64,000 nt of DNA from Candidatus Helarchaeota archaeon (lineage in GTDB: Archaea; Asgardarchaeota; Lokiarchaeia; Helarchaeales; RDOG01). The stretch lies in assembly GCA_019058315.1 (NCBI GenBank), contig JAHPZH010000001.1:1073432-1137431 (forward strand), written 5' to 3'. This document shows, one piece after another, positions 59,918-64,000 of this stretch (positions are counted from its first letter, which is position 1; each line of letters starts with the position of its first letter). Made by a program: the position numbers and the translations under genes. The notes under the pieces are model-generated. The model saw only the letters and a program-made list of their open reading frames with translations. It ran no database searches and was not told the DNA's origin.

Positions 59918-62399
59918 AATCATGTTGAAACCCCTTATTTAATTCTAATTTTTCTTTAAATCCAATTGATTTTCCATTTAGTATTACTTCACATTTATCT
60001 TCGGGTGAATTTCGACCTTTAAATAGAATATATTTTTTTCCAGGGATAATATCAATAAATATTTTAACAGATTGAGGTTCAAACTTAAAGGATTTTATTA
60101 TAATTCCATCAATTCCCCAAACCAATTTTTCTTTAAAATCTATAAATATATCTCCAAAATGCTTTTTTACATAGGCAGTAGCAGATGCAGAAGTTCCAAC
60201 GCCCCAATCGAACATAATATAGCCAGGTACACGTAAATCATTCCCTGAATGACCATAATTTTCTGTAACACACCCTCTATCAACCCCATCAAGAGTTTCA
60301 ATACCTTCTAGATTACCAGGACATTGTTCTTTATATTCTTTCAGTAATTGCATCGCCCAGCACGCTCTTAAGGTAGCAATTCCTCTCTCCATATACTCTT
60401 TTTTCCCTGTTATTAAGTAATATTCCATATAAACTCTAACAAATAGTCCTTGACGGGCATCACTTAATTCAGCATCAGTATTTTGGCAACCAAATCCTCC
60501 AAATGTATTGTAATTAATATACGGTATGTTCCAGACTTGTTGAAATAGAGATAATATGGCAAGAATACGTTCTCCAGATTCTAAATATTTGCTATTTTGA
60601 GTCGCTTGATATAATTCTTTGAATCCTTCAGCACCCCAATAAATACATAGATTATTCATTGCATGACTTTTAGTATAAATATCATAATAATTCATTGGGA
60701 GCTTAGTGCATGAAAAAAATGGTTCATAATCATGCCATTTATCTATAGGGATGATTTCATTTTGAAGATATTGCGCAATTTTTTCTGCAATTGGAATTAT
60801 TCTTTCATTTTTTGAGATTTTATGAAGTTCCATTAAAAACATTAGTGGAGCACCAGAACTAGCCGAATTTATTAATATATCATTGATAATCGGCTTATTA
60901 TCTTCATCGAAACTCAGATAAGTAGGGATTGCTCCATTATCTAACTGGATTTTTTCTAAAAGATTCAATAATTCATTACTTTTTGTCAAGATATCTTCAT
61001 TTTTATCATAATCTTGATAATATTTGAGTGCCCAATACATCGCAAGGCAAGAATCTACAACATGAAATAAATCCGTAAATACAAAAGCTTTTACACCATT
61101 AACAAATGAAACTTCTGTTGAATCAGGAGCTGCTGGTAAAACAACACTAGGGAATAAGCCACTAGATCTGGGAAGGTTTAAAAGTGTATTTAATACTCTA
61201 TTGCCTTTATCAACCAATTTTGAATCATTCCACAGTTTTCCAAAATATTTTAGGGCGTATCCCGTCCTAATATTAAGAAACCACGCATTATTCCAAAGTT
61301 CGGCTGGTCTTTCAATAAGGGCATTATGTCGAGTGAGTCTATCAAACTGTTTGATCCAAAATGGACTATTTGAAAGAGCGAGTACTACTTTACTAAATGA
61401 AGATTCTTGGTCAAATAGCTCATCCTTTACCCTTTTACGATAGTGTCTTTCAAATCTCCTAGTTTTTATGAACTTTACTCGTTGCTTTTTCCCCATCCAT
61501 GATCTATGCCAACTTCCTCCACAATCAACATTATTTAATTTAAAATTTCCCCAAAAATTATGCCTCTCAATTGCTTTAAAGCCTTCATCAGCATTAATAT
61601 CATAAGGCAAAATTTGGGGAGTTAAATCTTGGTATAAAAGATTTTTTCCATATTTATTCCAAAGAAATTCATTAATATATTGTAGAATTTCTGGAACCGA
61701 TGCACTATTAAAGACTTTTATATAGTACCCAAATGATAAATTGGTGTTTGGCTTTATTTTCATTCTTCTTTTACGCTCAAACATGATATGATAAACAGGT
61801 TTATATCTTCCAAACCCATAATAGATCCTAGGTTTGTTACCGTTTTTCTCATATTTTAAATTTAAATTCATAATAGTTTGAAAAGGCCTATTTTTTCCTA
61901 AAATCTCTAAATCTGGTATTAATGCAAATGCTAATTTACCTTTTTTATATATAATGGCAGGGGAGCGAAATACATGATCTGGAATAACATAATTTTTATT
62001 GGGACGTAGATGTGGAACCCATTTAAAATCAGGATTGTCGCCTAACAAAATTGAATAATTCGCAATGAGACTTGATAATTTTAACTTTTTTTTATTTTTT
62101 ATTGTATATTTAAAATGTATAATATCGTTTAATGTTATATCTAAATTGATAAACATTTCTGAGTCATTTAATTCATAAATTAATTTATTTTCACTCCTAT
62201 CCTTAAATGACAGGACTTTTGAATGCCAATTTTTACCTTCACAAAATAACAGGGTTGAGAAGTCAGAAAAACTACTGAGAATCGGAATCCAATCTCTTTT
62301 TTCTCTTATCTCTATTCCCTCTGCAGTTTTTGTGTCATCCTGTCCAATTATTATCCTTACTAATTCATTATTTAGATTATTTTCTTGAATTTTTAACAC
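59898..62399 (-). CDS. Large hypothetical protein, probable (alpha/alpha)6 glycosidase/lyase-like fold
   Basis: Beta-rich N-terminus followed by helical hairpin repeats (ELYQATQN.KYL, YYLITG.KEY.ERG). Confidence 0.7.
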   Translation of the reverse strand: MLKIQENNLNNELVRIIIGQDDTKTAEGIEIREKRDWIPILSSFSDFSTLLFCEGKNWHSKVLSFKDRSENKLIYELNDSEMFINLDITLNDIIHFKYTIKNKKKLKLSSLIANYSILLGDNPDFKWVPHLRPNKNYVIPDHVFRSPAIIYKKGKLAFALIPDLEILGKNRPFQTIMNLNLKYEKNGNKPRIYYGFGRYKPVYHIMFERKRRMKIKPNTNLSFGYYIKVFNSASVPEILQYINEFLWNKYGKNLLYQDLTPQILPYDINADEGFKAIERHNFWGNFKLNNVDCGGSWHRSWMGKKQRVKFIKTRRFERHYRKRVKDELFDQESSFSKVVLALSNSPFWIKQFDRLTRHNALIERPAELWNNAWFLNIRTGYALKYFGKLWNDSKLVDKGNRVLNTLLNLPRSSGLFPSVVLPAAPDSTEVSFVNGVKAFVFTDLFHVVDSCLAMYWALKYYQDYDKNEDILTKSNELLNLLEKIQLDNGAIPTYLSFDEDNKPIINDILINSASSGAPLMFLMELHKISKNERIIPIAEKIAQYLQNEIIPIDKWHDYEPFFSCTKLPMNYYDIYTKSHAMNNLCIYWGAEGFKELYQATQNSKYLESGERILAILSLFQQVWNIPYINYNTFGGFGCQNTDAELSDARQGLFVRVYMEYYLITGKKEYMERGIATLRACWAMQLLKEYKEQCPGNLEGIETLDGVDRGCVTENYGHSGNDLRVPGYIMFDWGVGTSASATAYVKKHFGDIFIDFKEKLVWGIDGIIIKSFKFEPQSVKIFIDIIPGKKYILFKGRNSPEDKCEVILNGKSIGFKEKLELNKGFQHDFKSENP

Positions 62400-62529
62400 C
62401 TATTGATTTATATAAATTTTAATTCAATTGTATATAGATTCTATAGTTTCACCTTTAACATAAAATTAAATAATAATATTTTTATTAAATTATTAAGTCA
62501 AGTTCTTGGTAAGGGGTTGAAATTCAATA

Positions 62530-64000
62530 TTGAATCGGAAAAAACATAAGGGAAAAAAAATAATTAAATTTTTTAGCTTAAAAATAATAATTTTAGTTTC
62601 ATTTCTTATTGCTAATTTCCCAATCTTTTTGAAATCTTCATTTTCTTATAATCAAATAATTAAATTCGATAAAAAATCAGGTGCTTTACTCTTTAAAAGT
62701 TCAAATCATTGGCCATTATACAGCTATCCAGCAGATGGTTGGATTTTAGAAGCGGCTATGTCAGATGATGGTCAATACTTTGTTGTAGGAGCAAGTGAAA
62801 AAGTATTTTTTTATAATAGAAATATTTCGAGAGCTTTATGGGTTTATAACACAGGAGGATGGGTGAGATCTGTAGATATTACAAGAGATGGACAATATAT
62901 TGTTGCAGGGTGCTGGAATAGCAAGATAATCTTATTTAATCGAAGTGGTTCGATAATATGGGAATATAACACATCCGCAACTGTTGAAGGGGTAAGATTT
63001 TCAAAAGACTCTTATTATATTGTGGCAGGAAGTAGAGATAATAATGTTTATTTCTTTAATAGAACCACCAATTCTACACCAAATTGGATTTTTAATGTGG
63101 GTACACAAGTACAATCGGTGGCAATTTCAGAATATGGTAATTATATTGCAGTTGGATCTTATCAGCCAGAATGGAGGGTTCATCTATTAGATAGCTTCAG
63201 TCCCATTGAATTATGGAATTTTACTACTGGAGGAGCTATGTGTTCAATTGAAATGTCCGATGACGGTCAATTTATAGCTTCGGGCTCCTGGAATGAAGTT
63301 AGTTCGGTAAATAATAAATTTTATTTATTTAATAAGTCTCAATCATATCCAGTTTGGACTCATACCACAGGAAAATGGGCTTATGAAGTTGCGATGGATG
63401 CTGATGGGCTTTATTTCGCGGCAGGTGGTGGCGATTGCTATTTATATTTATTTAATAGAACTAGTAATGTTTCTCAGTGGAGCTTTAACACAAAAAGTTT
63501 TGTTACAGCCGTAGCAATATCTGAAAATAGTTCATATGTAATTGGAGGAAATTCTAATGGTGTTATTTACTGTTTCAATAGATCTAGTTCCAAACTATTA
63601 TGGACTTGTCAAGCAAATGATTATATAGATGCATTGGCTATTTCATCCGACAATCAATACATATTAGCTGCAAGCTCCGATATTGGGGACGGTAGAGTTG
63701 AAATTTATCATATAAATAAAATAGGTCCTGAACCTTTAGAAATCATATTTATGAAGTTAAGTTTATTATATGCATTATCCCAGAATTCTGGAACCCCAAA
63801 CCCTATTTTGATTCTCGTAATAATTTCTATTATTATTGGACTAATTTTAATTACATTCGTGTATTTATCGAGAAAAAGTAGATCAAGAGAACAATTCGAT
63901 GAAACTGATTACTTTGAGCATAGACCTACAGAAATATATTCCGAGACAACCTCACGTTTAATTAATTCTCATAAAATAATATGCCCGAATTGCGAAGTGG
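62530..64000 (+). CDS. WD40/PQQ-type beta-propeller membrane protein with probable cytoplasmic Zn ribbon (runs off the window; not in ORF track)
   Basis: Hand translation from TTG 62530: signal-like N-terminus, repeats SDDGQYFVVG / TRDGQYIVAG / SEYGNYIAVG, TM PILILVIISIIIGLILITFVYL, then ICPNCEV at the window end. Confidence 0.8.
   Translation, partial: MNRKKHKGKKIIKFFSLKIIILVSFLIANFPIFLKSSFSYNQIIKFDKKSGALLFKSSNHWPLYSYPADGWILEAAMSDDGQYFVVGASEKVFFYNRNISRALWVYNTGGWVRSVDITRDGQYIVAGCWNSKIILFNRSGSIIWEYNTSATVEGVRFSKDSYYIVAGSRDNNVYFFNRTTNSTPNWIFNVGTQVQSVAISEYGNYIAVGSYQPEWRVHLLDSFSPIELWNFTTGGAMCSIEMSDDGQFIASGSWNEVSSVNNKFYLFNKSQSYPVWTHTTGKWAYEVAMDADGLYFAAGGGDCYLYLFNRTSNVSQWSFNTKSFVTAVAISENSSYVIGGNSNGVIYCFNRSSSKLLWTCQANDYIDALAISSDNQYILAASSDIGDGRVEIYHINKIGPEPLEIIFMKLSLLYALSQNSGTPNPILILVIISIIIGLILITFVYLSRKSRSREQFDETDYFEHRPTEIYSETTSRLINSHKIICPNCEV

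Noticed and set aside
1-64000. tRNA, rRNA, CRISPR arrays, IS elements
   Set aside because: None recognised by eye; tRNAscan-SE or Infernal would be needed to exclude small or intron-containing RNAs.

Overview
AT-rich, gene-dense archaeal chromosomal DNA, most likely from an Asgard archaeon (Lokiarchaeia/Helarchaeales-like). This assignment is inferred from ribosomal protein L35Ae, two Rab-like GTPases, longin and uDENN-like domains, a BAR-like protein, Bet3/V4R-like proteins, histone-fold proteins and many acyl-CoA ligases. Most of the window is metabolic: purH, three acyl-CoA ligases, enoyl-CoA hydratase, thiolase, a 2-hydroxyacyl-CoA dehydratase pair, GH4 galactosidase, sulfatase and R15P isomerase. 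I saw no rRNA, tRNA, CRISPR array or transposase. The most notable region is 24.8-31.6 kb. It holds (i) an unannotated dual-guide box C/D RNA with compensated boxes, whose guides point to 23S rRNA A1913 and G1945 (E. coli numbering), equivalent to yeast Am2256 and Gm2288; (ii) two tandem alpha3-truncated histones with an identical promoter motif; and (iii) a co-oriented Ku + minimal ATP-dependent ligase + beta-CASP nuclease block (candidate NHEJ module), preceded by an ADP-ribosylhydrolase and a BAR-like gene. Other highlights are a uDENN/longin-TrmB fusion divergent from a TRAPP/V4R-like pair, and an 8-repeat surface protein with Cys-Cys in every repeat. All family calls come from motif recognition by eye; no searches were run.
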